From assembly GCA_040510135.1 (NCBI GenBank), contig JBEVJN010000077.1:249-64248 (forward strand): a stretch of DNA of 64,000 nt, given 5' to 3'. The notes beneath the pieces are model-generated. The model made no database searches. It was given only the letters and a program-made list of their open reading frames with translations, and was not told where the DNA came from. The position numbers were made by a program, and so were the translations under genes. Source of the stretch: Acidimicrobiia bacterium (GTDB lineage: Bacteria; Actinomycetota; Acidimicrobiia; Spongiisociales; ZC4RG35). Of this stretch, positions 19,238 through 29,386 are shown in pieces (positions within the stretch are counted from its first letter, which is position 1; each line of letters begins with the position of its first letter).

Positions 19238-19887
19238 TGGCGCAGGTGCTTGATCGCGCCTGAGGTAAGGGTCTGCCTCCTCCCGGAGACTTCAACGACA
19301 AGGCCCCCGTCCCCGGCGACGTCGACCGCGTTCCCATGGCCATCAGGCTCCCACGAGATCGTTTTTCCCAGCGTCGAGCAAAGTGACCGATACTCATCGA
19401 GCGGCCATTCGTCAGCATCGACGAGACGCATCAACTCCGCCGCCCAGATCGCGGCGATCCGAGTGTGCATCACGGCGCCGGGATCGGCATCGTGGAGAGC
19501 GCCGATCCCCTCGGGGGCATCGGGCCACCAGAGGTTGACCCCCATCCCGACCACCAGTTCGTCGGCGCGCTCCACAAGGATTCCCCCCACCTTGGCGCCA
19601 TCGGACATCAAGTCGTTGGGCCATTTCAGACCGACACCTTTCAGGACACGGGCTGCCGCCACGCCGGCCATCAGTGAGAACGGGCGTAGGTCGTCATCAG
19701 AGGGTCGGAAGGCGAGCGAGACCGCGAGGGCACGAGGCGCTGACAACCAGGCCGCTCCTCCCCTCCCTCGACCGGCCGTTTGTCGCTCGGCGGCTACAAG
19801 CAGCGGTAGAGCGCCGAGTTCAGAGCGGGCGAGGTCCTGTGTGGATGGGACCTCCTCCACCCACAATTGCAAATAGGGTGTAGCCAT
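19234..19887 (-). CDS. birA: Biotin-[acetyl-CoA-carboxylase] ligase, group I (no N-terminal HTH)
   Basis: ERQTAGRGRGGAAW, LKWPNDL and KVGGILVE are BPL catalytic motifs. It is divergent from accD5-accA. Confidence 0.85.
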   Translation of the reverse strand: MATPYLQLWVEEVPSTQDLARSELGALPLLVAAERQTAGRGRGGAAWLSAPRALAVSLAFRPSDDDLRPFSLMAGVAAARVLKGVGLKWPNDLMSDGAKVGGILVERADELVVGMGVNLWWPDAPEGIGALHDADPGAVMHTRIAAIWAAELMRLVDADEWPLDEYRSLCSTLGKTISWEPDGHGNAVDVAGDGGLVVEVSGRRQTLTSGAIKHLRH

Positions 19888-19931
19888 CTCGTCTCCTGAC
19901 GAGTCGGAATGTGTGAGGTTACGGAGGAGTC

Positions 19932-21482
19932 TTGGGGACCGAGGCGCGAATCGAGCGACTCAGGGAGCTTCGCGAAGAGGCCCTGCATGCCGGAAGTCAG
20001 CGAGCCATCGCCCGCCAGCACGAGCAGGGCAAGCTGACGGCCCGGGAGCGGCTGGATGCACTGCTCGACAAAGGCTCCTTCCAGGAGATCGATCAGTTCG
20101 TCCGGCACCAGTCTTCGGGGTTCGGCATCGAGGACAAACGCCCTCTCGGCGACGCAGTCGTCACCGGGCACGGAACCATCGATGGCCGCCCCGTCTTCGT
20201 CTTCGCCGAGGACTTCACGGTGTTTGGCGGCAGCCTGAGCAAGGTTGTCGCGGACAAGATCTGCAAGGTGCTCGACATGGCACTCGACACCGGAACCCCG
20301 GTGATCGGTCTCAAGGACTCGGGTGGAGCTCGCATCCAGGAAGGGATCGCCTCCCTCGATGGGTATGGGCGGATCTTCGAGCGCAACGTGAGAGCGTCTG
20401 GGGTCATCCCCCAGATCTCAGTCATCATGGGACCGTGCGCCGGTGGGGCGGTCTACTCCCCCGCCCTCACCGACTTCGTGTTCCAGGTGGACCAGACCAG
20501 CCACATGTTCATCACCGGGCCCGACGTCATCAAGGCGGTGACCGGCGAGGAGGTGACCATGGAAGAGTTGGGCGGAGCAGCGACTCATGCCTCGAAATCC
20601 GGCGTCACTCATTTCGTCTATCCGAGCGGAATCGACGCACTCGAAGCGGTGCGGTACCTCATGTCATACCTGCCCCGCAACAACATGGAGCTTCCGCCTT
20701 ACTTCGCCCCCACCGATCGCCCCGATCGCATCGACGACTCCCTGGACTCGATGATCCCCGATTCGGCGAACCAGCCATACGACATGGTGGAACTGGTGGA
20801 AACCATCCTCGACGGGGGTGAGTTCCTCGAGGTGCACGAGATGTGGGCGAAGAACATCGTGGTGGGGTATGGGCGACTGGACGGGCACACAGTCGGGGTG
20901 GTGGCGAACCAGCCTGCGATCCTCGCGGGCACGCTCGACATCGAGGCGTCAGAGAAGGCGGCGCGATTCGTCCGCTTCTGCGACGCCTTCAACATCCCGA
21001 TCATCACCTTTGTCGACGTCCCCGGCTTTCTCCCCGGCGTCGAGCAGGAACATCACGGGATAATCCGTCACGGGGCCAAGCTCTTGTACGCGTATTGCGA
21101 GGCGACAGTGCCCCGGATCACGGTCATCACCCGAAAGGCATATGGCGGCGCCTACCTGGTCATGAACGCCCGCGGGATACGAGCGGACCTGGTCTTCGCC
21201 TGGCCGTCGGCCGAAATCGCGGTGATGGGGGCTCAGGGTGCAGTGAACATCATCCATCGCCGGGAGATCAGCGCCACCAAGGAACCGGACAGAGCGCGCT
21301 CGGACCTCATCGCCGACTACGAGGAGAGGTTCAACAACCCCTACGTGGCAGCCGAGCTCGGCCTCGTCGACGAGGTGATCGAGCCTCGTGAGACCCGTTA
21401 CAAACTGGTCCGAGCTCTCGAGGTCCTCCGCACCAAGCGAGAAACGCTCCCCCCGAAGAAGCACGGAAACGGTCCTCAGTGA
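19932..21482 (+). CDS. accD5: Acyl-CoA carboxylase carboxyltransferase beta subunit (propionyl/acetyl-CoA carboxylase, AccD5/PccB-like)
   Basis: 516 aa, a typical full-length PccB with both CT half-sites. It overlaps accA by 4 nt. Confidence 0.95.
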   Translation: MGTEARIERLRELREEALHAGSQRAIARQHEQGKLTARERLDALLDKGSFQEIDQFVRHQSSGFGIEDKRPLGDAVVTGHGTIDGRPVFVFAEDFTVFGGSLSKVVADKICKVLDMALDTGTPVIGLKDSGGARIQEGIASLDGYGRIFERNVRASGVIPQISVIMGPCAGGAVYSPALTDFVFQVDQTSHMFITGPDVIKAVTGEEVTMEELGGAATHASKSGVTHFVYPSGIDALEAVRYLMSYLPRNNMELPPYFAPTDRPDRIDDSLDSMIPDSANQPYDMVELVETILDGGEFLEVHEMWAKNIVVGYGRLDGHTVGVVANQPAILAGTLDIEASEKAARFVRFCDAFNIPIITFVDVPGFLPGVEQEHHGIIRHGAKLLYAYCEATVPRITVITRKAYGGAYLVMNARGIRADLVFAWPSAEIAVMGAQGAVNIIHRREISATKEPDRARSDLIADYEERFNNPYVAAELGLVDEVIEPRETRYKLVRALEVLRTKRETLPPKKHGNGPQ

Positions 21483-23209
21483 TGAAAAGCCTCCTCGTCG
21501 CCAATCGCGGCGAGATCGCGGTCCGGGTGATCCGCACGGCCCGAGAGATGGGGATTCGCACCATTGCCGTGTATTCGGAATTGGATCGCGATGCCCTTCA
21601 TGTCGACCTGGCCGACGAGGCCTGGAATGCCGGCCCCGCGCCGGCAGCCGATAGCTATTTGAATCAACAAAGGATCCTCCAGATCGCCCACGACTCGGGC
21701 GCCGAGGCCATTCACCCCGGTTACGGGTTCCTCTCCGAGAATGCCCGGTTTGCGGGGGCGGTCACCGACGCGGGGATCGTGTGGGTCGGCCCTCCGGCCA
21801 GCGCCATCGAGGCCATGGGTGACAAGATCACCTCGAGACGAAATGCCGAGAAGTTCGGCGTGCCGACGGTGCCCGGCGTCACCGAACCGGTCACCTCTGT
21901 CGGGCAAGTCGCCACCCTCGCCGAGCAGTTCGGATACCCGGTCGCAATCAAGGCCGCTCACGGCGGTGGGGGGAAGGGTTTGCGGGTGGTTCGGGGGCCC
22001 GAGGAGTTGGACGATGCGTTCGAAGGCGCCCGACGTGAGGCCGATGCATACTTCGGGAACCCGGAGGTCTATGTCGAGAAGTACCTCGAAAAACCCCGGC
22101 ACGTCGAGGCACAGGTCCTCTACGACAGCCAGGGCAAGGGGCTCTTTCTCGGGGAGCGGGACTGCTCCGTGCAGCGGCGGCATCAGAAACTGATCGAAGA
22201 GACCCCCTCCCCGGGCTTGACCATCAAGCAGCGCCGGGCCTTGGGCCGGGCCGCCTTGGCCGCGGGCAAGTCTTGCGGATACGTGAATGCTGGGACCGTG
22301 GAGTTCCTGGTCGATCGCTCCGGGGAGTTCTACTTCCTCGAGATGAACACGCGCCTCCAAGTCGAGCACACCATCACCGAGATGGTCACGGGGCACGACC
22401 TGGTCGAGTGGCAGCTCAGGATCGCGACGGGAGAGGAGCTGACCATCGATGCCGTGGAGCCGAGAGGGCACGCCATCGAGTTCCGGATCAATGCCGAGGA
22501 CCCCTACAACCAGTTCCTCCCCACGCCCGGACAGGTGGTGGAGTGGCAGGAGCCCGCCGGGCCTGGCGTCAGGGTCGATTCCTGGATCAGACCCGGCACC
22601 AATGTCTCCCAGTACTACGACAATCTGATGGCCAAACTCGTCGTGTGGGCCCCGGACAGAGCCCGGGCCATCCAGAAGGGCCGACGGGCTTTGGAGGAAT
22701 TCCGGGTGACCGGCGTGGCGTCGACGATCCCCGCCCATCTGGCCGTCCTCAATCACCCAGACTTCATCAACGGGACACACCACACCAGATGGATGGAGGA
22801 GAACGTGGACCTCGGGGGAAGCGATCCCGAGGCCACCCCGTCGCTCCCGGAGGAGGAGAGCCTGTCCCGGCGTGATATCACTGTCGAAGTCGGGGGTCGT
22901 CGCTTCGCGGTGAGCTATTGGGCGCCGGAACCCCTGACCGGCAGCATTCGCAGGAGGCCACCCAAGCTCCAGCTGACCGGCCCCGGCTCGGCGTCCGACG
23001 GGATGGTCACCGCGCCGATGCAGGGCACGATCGTAAAGGTCCATGTCGCCGCTGGGGTCGCGGTGAGCGAGGGCGACCCGATCTGCGTCCTCGAGGCCAT
23101 GAAGATGGAGAACGAGGTTCGCTCACCGGCCACCGGCGAAGTCGTCGACCTCAGGGTCCAGCCCGGTGACACCGTGACGCCGGGTCAGGTCATTGCCATC
23201 GTGAAGTGA
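21479..23209 (+). CDS. accA: Acyl-CoA carboxylase alpha subunit (biotin carboxylase + BCCP)
   Basis: Biotin carboxylase ATP-grasp motifs and a C-terminal biotinyl domain CVLEAMKMENEV with the AMKM biotin attachment site. Confidence 0.95.
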   Translation: MMKSLLVANRGEIAVRVIRTAREMGIRTIAVYSELDRDALHVDLADEAWNAGPAPAADSYLNQQRILQIAHDSGAEAIHPGYGFLSENARFAGAVTDAGIVWVGPPASAIEAMGDKITSRRNAEKFGVPTVPGVTEPVTSVGQVATLAEQFGYPVAIKAAHGGGGKGLRVVRGPEELDDAFEGARREADAYFGNPEVYVEKYLEKPRHVEAQVLYDSQGKGLFLGERDCSVQRRHQKLIEETPSPGLTIKQRRALGRAALAAGKSCGYVNAGTVEFLVDRSGEFYFLEMNTRLQVEHTITEMVTGHDLVEWQLRIATGEELTIDAVEPRGHAIEFRINAEDPYNQFLPTPGQVVEWQEPAGPGVRVDSWIRPGTNVSQYYDNLMAKLVVWAPDRARAIQKGRRALEEFRVTGVASTIPAHLAVLNHPDFINGTHHTRWMEENVDLGGSDPEATPSLPEEESLSRRDITVEVGGRRFAVSYWAPEPLTGSIRRRPPKLQLTGPGSASDGMVTAPMQGTIVKVHVAAGVAVSEGDPICVLEAMKMENEVRSPATGEVVDLRVQPGDTVTPGQVIAIVK

Positions 23210-23233
23210 GCGCCCCGGACTGCCACCAGATGT

Positions 23234-24592
23234 CTATTCGGCGGCGTCGGAAATGGCTTCCATCATCGAGGGGTGGACCATCAGTGTCTCGACGAGCTCT
23301 TTGACGGTTACGTCCGCCTGAACAGCGAGGGTGAGAACACCAATGAGCTCTGAAGCGCGGTGACCAACGATGGTTCCGCCCAGAACGACACCCGTGGCTG
23401 GGTCGGACGTCAACTTGACGAAGCCTCTCGTGAAATGCTGGAGAACGGAGCGGGCATTGGCGGCGAAGGGGACCTTCATCGTCCGCACCTTGCGACCCTG
23501 GGCCGCTGCTTCGACATCAACCAGACCGACCGAGGCGATCTCGGGTTCGGTGAATATGGCCTCGGCGACCTTGGAGTAGTCGAGAGGTGTCACCGGCAAA
23601 TCCAGGGCGTGACGAGCGATCTTCCGCCCTTGCATAGAAGCCACGGATGACAGGGGCATCTGGCCGGTGACGTCGCCGGCGGCGTAGATGTGTGGAGCCG
23701 ACGATCGTTGATACTCGTCGACGTCGACGTAACCATCCTTGGCGACCACCCCGGCCGCGTCGAGACCGATGCCTTCGGTTAGAGGGACGGAACCGACTGC
23801 GAGCAGCGCATGCGATCCGCGCAGCACCCGCCCGTCATCACAGAAGACCGAGACGCCCGTCCCATCCAGATCGATTTTCTCGGCCCTTGCCCCGATGGCG
23901 AGATGCACACCACGCTCCAGGAAGTCCTCTTCGAGCACTGCGGCGACCTCGGCGTCCCGGTGGGGCAGGATCTGACGACGGGAAACGACGAGGCTTACCT
24001 TCGATCCCAGGCTCTCGAAGATGTGGGTGAACTCCACCCCCGTGACACCGGAACCGATGATCACGATGTGCTCGGGGACGTCGACCATGTCGTAACAGTG
24101 GCGCGTCGTGAGCACCCTCTCTCCGTCGACCGGTGCCCACTCGGGGATGCGGGGCGACGAACCGGTGGAGACCATCGCCCGATCGAACGCGACACGACGC
24201 TCGCCCGAGCCCGTCTCGACCACGAGTTCCCGATCCGAAACGAAACGGCCATCGCCGTAGATCACCTCCACCGACTGCGACTCGAGCAGTTCCAGCCAGT
24301 TGCGATTGATATCCCCGGTTATGGCCTTGATCCGGGCCGCCAACACGCCGGTGTCGACCCGTGTGGGCTCGGTGGCAAGCCCGAGCTGGGCGGCATTGCG
24401 TATCGACGAGTGGCGGAGGGCGCTTGCCGCCATCGTCTTCGAAGGAATGCAGTCCCAGAGATGGGCAGCGCCGCCGACGATCTCCCTCTCGATCAGCGTG
24501 ACCCTTCCGCCCTTCGACGCCGCCGTGGTGGCAGCCTGTGTTCCGGCCGGGCCACCCCCGATGATGGCCAGGTGTCTCCTCGTGTCGCTCAT
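23234..24592 (-). CDS. FAD-dependent pyridine-nucleotide-disulfide oxidoreductase, LpdA-like NAD(P)H dehydrogenase (single active-site Cys)
   Basis: HLAIIGGGPAGTQAA FAD loop. GGAAHLWDCIPSK has only one Cys, unlike the CxxxxC of lipoamide dehydrogenase, as in mycobacterial LpdA. A second Rossmann fold (VIIGSGVTGVEF) and a C-terminal dimerisation domain follow. Confidence 0.8.
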   Translation of the reverse strand: MSDTRRHLAIIGGGPAGTQAATTAASKGGRVTLIEREIVGGAAHLWDCIPSKTMAASALRHSSIRNAAQLGLATEPTRVDTGVLAARIKAITGDINRNWLELLESQSVEVIYGDGRFVSDRELVVETGSGERRVAFDRAMVSTGSSPRIPEWAPVDGERVLTTRHCYDMVDVPEHIVIIGSGVTGVEFTHIFESLGSKVSLVVSRRQILPHRDAEVAAVLEEDFLERGVHLAIGARAEKIDLDGTGVSVFCDDGRVLRGSHALLAVGSVPLTEGIGLDAAGVVAKDGYVDVDEYQRSSAPHIYAAGDVTGQMPLSSVASMQGRKIARHALDLPVTPLDYSKVAEAIFTEPEIASVGLVDVEAAAQGRKVRTMKVPFAANARSVLQHFTRGFVKLTSDPATGVVLGGTIVGHRASELIGVLTLAVQADVTVKELVETLMVHPSMMEAISDAAE

Positions 24593-24607
24593 CTCATTCC
24601 TTGGTCA

Positions 24608-26170
24608 TCATGCCGGACGGTAGACACCGAACACGGCCCGCAGACGATTGGACACCTCGCCGACGCTGGCCCCGTGTCGCAAGGCATCCTTCATCGGGGT
24701 GAGGACGTTGCCGTTTCCTTTCGCCTGGTCCTGTAGTTCGGCCAGGGCTGACTCCACGGCCGGCTCGTCGCGCGCGGCCCGCCATCCGGACAAGCGTCTG
24801 CGCTGCTCCTCCTCGAGGCCGGGGTCGACCTCGAGGGCTGGGATGGCCTCGCCACCACCGGTGGAGTATCGGTTCACCCCGACGACGACGCCGGTTCCGT
24901 CTGCCTGACGTCGTGCCTCTGCGTACGCGGCGTCCTCGATCTGGGCCTGCATCCAGCCTTCTTCGATAGCCGCGACCGCGCCACCCATGTCCTCGATCTG
25001 GGTCAGCAACGACTGTGCCGCCTCCTCGAGCTGATCGGTCAGGTACTCCACGAAGTAGGACCCGGCCAGGGGGTCCACGGTGTCGGCGACCCCGGACTCA
25101 TGAGCGATCACCTGTTGGGTGCGGAGGGCGAGGAGGGCCGACTCATCCGTGGGAAGACCCAGCGCCTCGTCATACGAGTTCGTGTGAAGCGACTGTGTGC
25201 CGCCGAGGACTGCGGCGAGCGCCTGGATCGTGGTCCGAACCACGTTGTTGAGCGGCTGTTGTGCGGTGAGGGTGGAGCCAGCGGTCTGGGTGTGGAAACG
25301 CATCGCCCAGCCCTTGGGGTCCTTGGCGCCGATCTCGTCCCGCATCAGCCTGGCCCAAAGGCGCCGGCCGGCACGGTACTTGGCTATCTCCTCGAAGAAC
25401 GCGTTGTGCCCGTTCCAGAAAAACGAGAGGCGGGGGGCAAATGCGTCCACTTCGAGACCTGCGTCGATCGCCGCACGGACATAGGCGAGCCCATTGGCGA
25501 TGGTGAAGGCCAGCTCCTGGGCGGCGGTCGACCCTGCTTCACGGATGTGGTAACCGCTGATCGAGATCGGGTTCCATTGCGGCAGCTCGGCGGCCGCGTA
25601 GGCGAACACATCGGTGATGAGCCGCATCGAGGGGCGTGGTGGATAGATATAGGTGCCTCGGGCTACGTACTCCTTGAGGATGTCGTTCTGGATCGTGCCC
25701 CTGAGCTGACCCGGGTCGACGCCCTGTTCTTCGGCCACCAGCTGATACAGGAGCAGGAGGATGGCTGCTGTGGAATTGATCGTCATCGATGTCGACACCT
25801 GATCGAGTGGGATTCCGGCGAGCAGCCTCCGCATGTCGTCGATTGTGTCGATGGCAACCCCAACCTTTCCGACCTCGCCCGCCGCCAGCGGATCGTCGGA
25901 GTCCAGACCCATTTGAGTGGGGAGGTCGAAAGCGACACTCAATCCGGTTTGGCCGGCATCGAGCAGAGCGCGGAATCGCTGGTTGGTCTGGTCTGCCGTG
26001 CCGAACCCTGCGTACTGGCGCATGGTCCAGAGACGGCCCCGGTACATGGTCGGATGCGGCCCCCGGGTGTAAGGGAACTCCCCGGGATCACCGATTGCCG
26101 CGGGGTCTCCAGGCTCGTCGTGCACCACCCGAATCTCGATGCCACTGGTAGTGCGACGGTTTTGCTCCAT
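24608..26170 (-). CDS. Methylmalonyl-CoA mutase-family large (substrate-binding) subunit without a fused B12-binding domain (McmA/IcmA-like)
   Basis: Characteristic MCM TIM-barrel motifs. There is no C-terminal B12 DxHxxG domain. The start was set at the internal Met (MEQNRRT) of the track ORF. Confidence 0.85.
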   Translation of the reverse strand: MEQNRRTTSGIEIRVVHDEPGDPAAIGDPGEFPYTRGPHPTMYRGRLWTMRQYAGFGTADQTNQRFRALLDAGQTGLSVAFDLPTQMGLDSDDPLAAGEVGKVGVAIDTIDDMRRLLAGIPLDQVSTSMTINSTAAILLLLYQLVAEEQGVDPGQLRGTIQNDILKEYVARGTYIYPPRPSMRLITDVFAYAAAELPQWNPISISGYHIREAGSTAAQELAFTIANGLAYVRAAIDAGLEVDAFAPRLSFFWNGHNAFFEEIAKYRAGRRLWARLMRDEIGAKDPKGWAMRFHTQTAGSTLTAQQPLNNVVRTTIQALAAVLGGTQSLHTNSYDEALGLPTDESALLALRTQQVIAHESGVADTVDPLAGSYFVEYLTDQLEEAAQSLLTQIEDMGGAVAAIEEGWMQAQIEDAAYAEARRQADGTGVVVGVNRYSTGGGEAIPALEVDPGLEEEQRRRLSGWRAARDEPAVESALAELQDQAKGNGNVLTPMKDALRHGASVGEVSNRLRAVFGVYRPA

Positions 26171-26215
26171 GTTCCGGGTATCCTTGCATCGTTCCCGTCG
26201 GTGTAGATCGGGAAC
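26171..26215. promoter_or_regulatory. Candidate operator in the divergent mcm-like/ponA intergenic region: three GTTCC(C/G)GG half-sites, two of them forming the inverted repeat GTTCCCG-N11-CGGGAAC
   Basis: gttccgggtatccttgcatcgttcccgtcggtgtagatcgggaac. The half-site GTTCCSGG occurs at 26171 and 26191 and as the reverse complement at 26209-26215. Confidence 0.3.
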
Positions 26216-26247
26216 TCGCGGGACGACCACGACGTCCATCTCTCTCA

Positions 26248-28830
26248 ATGGCCAGAAAAGCGCTGATCCACCAAATAGAGGCGCGGGAACGGCGCGGCCG
26301 ATGGTTCGGCGCCCTTGCCACGCTCATCTCGATCTCCCTGCTCCTCTCCGGATGGGTGGGGCTCTTCGCGTTTCTCGGCGCCAATTCGGCATACGGCACC
26401 TTCGAAGGGGTGAAAAACGATTGGGTGCCCGATACCCAGTCGATGGAGCTCACCCTTCCCGACCTGAGTCGGGTGAGCCGGATCTATGCCGATTCTGGTG
26501 AGGTCCTCGCCGAGCTTCATGACGGGCGCAATTCCGAGCCCGTCGCCTACAAGGACGTGCCGGAGACCCTCGTCTACGCCATCCTGGCCGCCGAAGACAG
26601 CGAGTTCTTCGAGCACGAGGGAATCGATTTCTCGGCCATCGTCTCTGCCGCCATCGACAACCTGATCACCGACCGCACCCGTGGTGGCTCGACGATCACC
26701 CAGCAGGTCGTCAAGAACGCCTTTGTCGGCAGCGAGGTGAGCATCCAGCGCAAGATCACCGAGGCCTTCGTATCGGCGGAGGTCGAACGACGGTTCCCCA
26801 AGGAGCGGATCCTCGAGTTCTATATGAACTCGGTGTACTTCGGGGCCGGCGCCTACGGGGTCAAGACCGCATCCGTCGAGTTCTTCAATAAGCCGATGGC
26901 CAAGCTCACCATCGCCGAGGCGGCGACGCTCGCGGTCATGGTCCGCAACCCGTCGCTCTACAACCCGCGCAATCGCCCTGAGCTGACTCTGGAGCGACGG
27001 GACGAGGTCATCCGGGAGATGCAGGAGAACGGCTGGGTCACCGAGGCCCAAGCCACTGCTGCCGCCGACGCGCCCATCGGGGTGATCGAGGCTCCCCTGC
27101 GCCGAGGGCAGGCCGACCACGTCGTCGCAGAGGTCAAGCGACAGCTGCTCAACGACCCCGAGTTCGACTTCTTGGGAGCCTCACCCGAGGAGCGGAAGAA
27201 GGCGGTGTTCGGCTGTCCGGCCGACGACGTCGCCTGTGAGGGAGGGGGCGGACTCCAGGTGTACACCACCATCGACCTCGAGCTGCAGAAAAAAGCAAAC
27301 GAGATCCTGGCCGCATGGCTCCCCCTGCCGCCATACGAAGAGAATCTCGCCAAGTGCCGTGAGATCCTCCCCGAGGAGACCGACGACTTCCTAGCTCGGT
27401 ACGCCGAGACCCACTCGTGTGTACCCACCGGGGCCATGACCATGACCGACAACTGGACCGGCGCGGTGAAGGTCATGGCATCCGGCCTCCCCTTCGAGTT
27501 CTCCCAGTTCGACCTCGCCGTGCAGGGCCGTCGCAACCCCGGCTCATCGTTCAAACCATTCGGCCTCATCGCGGCCTTGGAGAACGGCTTCACCATGGGT
27601 CACAGCTGGAGTGGCAAGAGCCCGATCAAGATCGAATGCCCCTTCCCCTGTGCCCCCAACGGCTCCAACATCTGGACCGTTCGCAACGCCGGCGCGTCGT
27701 TCGGGGTCATCGACCTGGCCGAGGCCACGTACAACTCGGTGAACGCCGTCTACGCCCAATTGTCACTCGAAGTCGGCCCCGAAAAGGTGGTCGATGTCGC
27801 CAAACGCATGGGCATCGACGAGTCGGCACTCGACCCCGTCCTCTCCATCGTCCTCGGCAGCTCGGCGGTGAGCACCAAGGAGATGGCGAACGCCTACTCG
27901 AACTTTGCCACATATGGGATGCACGCCGATGACTACATCGTCGCCAAGATCGTCAACAGCGCCGGAGAGACCATCTACGAGCACAAGCCCGAGACGACAC
28001 AGGTCGCCGACCCGGCCATCTTTGCGGCCGCCAACCGTGCCCTGAAGATCGTTCCCGTCTCCGGCACCGCCCCTCGCGCCAATATCGGGATCCCCCAAGG
28101 CGGCAAGACCGGCACCCATCAGAGCTATCTCGATGCCTGGTACGTCGGGTACACACCGGAGTACAGCACCGCCGTGTGGGTGGGATACGAGGCCCAGCAG
28201 GTCCCTCTAGAAAACGTGACCATCAATGGCCAGCAATACGACCGTGTCTTCGGAGGCTCGGTCCCCGCGCCCATATGGGCCGAGTTCATGACGTACGTTC
28301 ATGCCGGTCTCCCGGTCACCGACTTTCCCCCGGAGCCAGGCAACATCGACAAGTGGCTGATTCCGCCGCCCACGACTGTGCCCGATGTCATCGGGCTGTC
28401 CGAGGACGACGCGGAAGCCGAGTTGAGAGAGGCCAAGCTGAATGCGTCGGTCGAGGAGGTGCCCTCGCTGGAGCCGGAAGGAGTCGTGGTCAACCAGGCG
28501 CCTGGCGGTGGATCCACGGTCAGGCAGGGGTCCTTCGTCACCATCTTCGTCTCGACCGGCGAGATCCCGACCGGTGCCCTGCCCAATCTCATCGGGCTGA
28601 CCTTCGATGAGGCCCTGGAGATAGTGCGCTCGTTCGAGACCGACACCGGAGTCAGGGTGAACCTGATTCAGGAGAACACCGGCACGCCGGATCCAGCACT
28701 GGTGGGCAGGATCGTCGACACGAACCCGCCACCCGCTGCTGCCGTCGAGGGCGCGGTCGACGTGGTGGCCTTTGTCGGGGTGCTCAAGGAGCCTCCGCCA
28801 CCGACGACGACGCCACCCGGCAACGACTGA
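26248..28830 (+). CDS. ponA: Class A penicillin-binding protein (transglycosylase + transpeptidase) with two C-terminal PASTA domains
   Basis: GT51 motifs ([22 protein letters not shown]), TPase SSFKP/SVN/KTGT, then two PASTA-like repeats ([21 protein letters not shown]..., [18 protein letters not shown]...) and a Pro/Thr-rich tail. Confidence 0.9.
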   Translation: MARKALIHQIEARERRGRWFGALATLISISLLLSGWVGLFAFLGANSAYGTFEGVKNDWVPDTQSMELTLPDLSRVSRIYADSGEVLAELHDGRNSEPVAYKDVPETLVYAILAAEDSEFFEHEGIDFSAIVSAAIDNLITDRTRGGSTITQQVVKNAFVGSEVSIQRKITEAFVSAEVERRFPKERILEFYMNSVYFGAGAYGVKTASVEFFNKPMAKLTIAEAATLAVMVRNPSLYNPRNRPELTLERRDEVIREMQENGWVTEAQATAAADAPIGVIEAPLRRGQADHVVAEVKRQLLNDPEFDFLGASPEERKKAVFGCPADDVACEGGGGLQVYTTIDLELQKKANEILAAWLPLPPYEENLAKCREILPEETDDFLARYAETHSCVPTGAMTMTDNWTGAVKVMASGLPFEFSQFDLAVQGRRNPGSSFKPFGLIAALENGFTMGHSWSGKSPIKIECPFPCAPNGSNIWTVRNAGASFGVIDLAEATYNSVNAVYAQLSLEVGPEKVVDVAKRMGIDESALDPVLSIVLGSSAVSTKEMANAYSNFATYGMHADDYIVAKIVNSAGETIYEHKPETTQVADPAIFAAANRALKIVPVSGTAPRANIGIPQGGKTGTHQSYLDAWYVGYTPEYSTAVWVGYEAQQVPLENVTINGQQYDRVFGGSVPAPIWAEFMTYVHAGLPVTDFPPEPGNIDKWLIPPPTTVPDVIGLSEDDAEAELREAKLNASVEEVPSLEPEGVVVNQAPGGGSTVRQGSFVTIFVSTGEIPTGALPNLIGLTFDEALEIVRSFETDTGVRVNLIQENTGTPDPALVGRIVDTNPPPAAAVEGAVDVVAFVGVLKEPPPPTTTPPGND

Positions 28831-28929
28831 TCGGGCTGGACATCCGTCCCTGAGCGCCTCCACTGCCCAGGGCCACCCAGGTTCGCCGGGTTCCGGACCT
28901 CTCCGAGACAATTGTTTCGCGACCTACGT

Positions 28930-28968
28930 TTGTGACTCTTGACGTTGTTTTATATTCGCTGGTAGATC
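28930..28968 (+). promoter_or_regulatory. AT-rich sigma-70-like promoter: TTGACG (28939-28944), 18-nt spacer, TAGATC (28963-28968), 7 nt before the ATG of the 28976 ORF, so probably leaderless
   Basis: cttgacgttgttttatattcgctggtagatct stands out as a ~45% GC island in a ~68% GC genome, immediately after ponA. Confidence 0.3.
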
Positions 28969-28975
28969 TCGACGT

Positions 28976-29386
28976 ATGAGAACCGAAGTGCCTGGAGGCG
29001 GCCAGACTGCTCGTCCTCCGCATCTGCGCACCGTGGGGCCTCCGGGCGCTTCGGTCCGGCCGACGGCGAGGGTCCGGCCGGTGGTCCCGGTCCGGCTGGA
29101 GCCTCGTCGCGGTGGGTTCGAGCCCTCGGACCCCTACGTGCGGCGGTTCTGGGTGGCCGCAATCGGCTCGAGTGCCGTTGCCGAGCTGCTCCGCCTGGTT
29201 CGGGCGGCCGAGAAGGGGGAGGGGGTGCGGCTGCCCAGAACCCTCCCGACCTTGCTTCGAGTCGGCCTCGTCAAGGCCGAGACATCAGGGCTCGTGGTGT
29301 TCGATCACATCCCTGTGGTGCCAGTGGAGATGCGTTGGAGATTCCCACCTAGCCTCGGGGCCGAGCATTCGAGATGGGTGACTTGA
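28976..29386 (+). CDS. Hypothetical protein (Arg/Pro-rich N-terminus; conserved-looking core DPYVRRFWVAAIGSSAVAELLRLV)
   Basis: Reasonable GC3 and an upstream promoter-like element. No recognised family. The 3' end overlaps the convergent wzx-like gene. Confidence 0.3.
   Translation: MRTEVPGGGQTARPPHLRTVGPPGASVRPTARVRPVVPVRLEPRRGGFEPSDPYVRRFWVAAIGSSAVAELLRLVRAAEKGEGVRLPRTLPTLLRVGLVKAETSGLVVFDHIPVVPVEMRWRFPPSLGAEHSRWVT

Noticed and set aside
21476-23044. 522-aa minus-strand ORF antisense to accA
   Set aside because: accA on the plus strand has complete biotin carboxylase and BCCP motifs. The antisense ORF is a low-complexity GC artefact. The same applies to 23810..24736 (antisense to lpdA-like), 25100..26206 (antisense to mcm), 46946..48418 (antisense to S8), 48874..50001 (antisense to CgeB-like), 35445..36668, 10641..11429 and 12635..13489.
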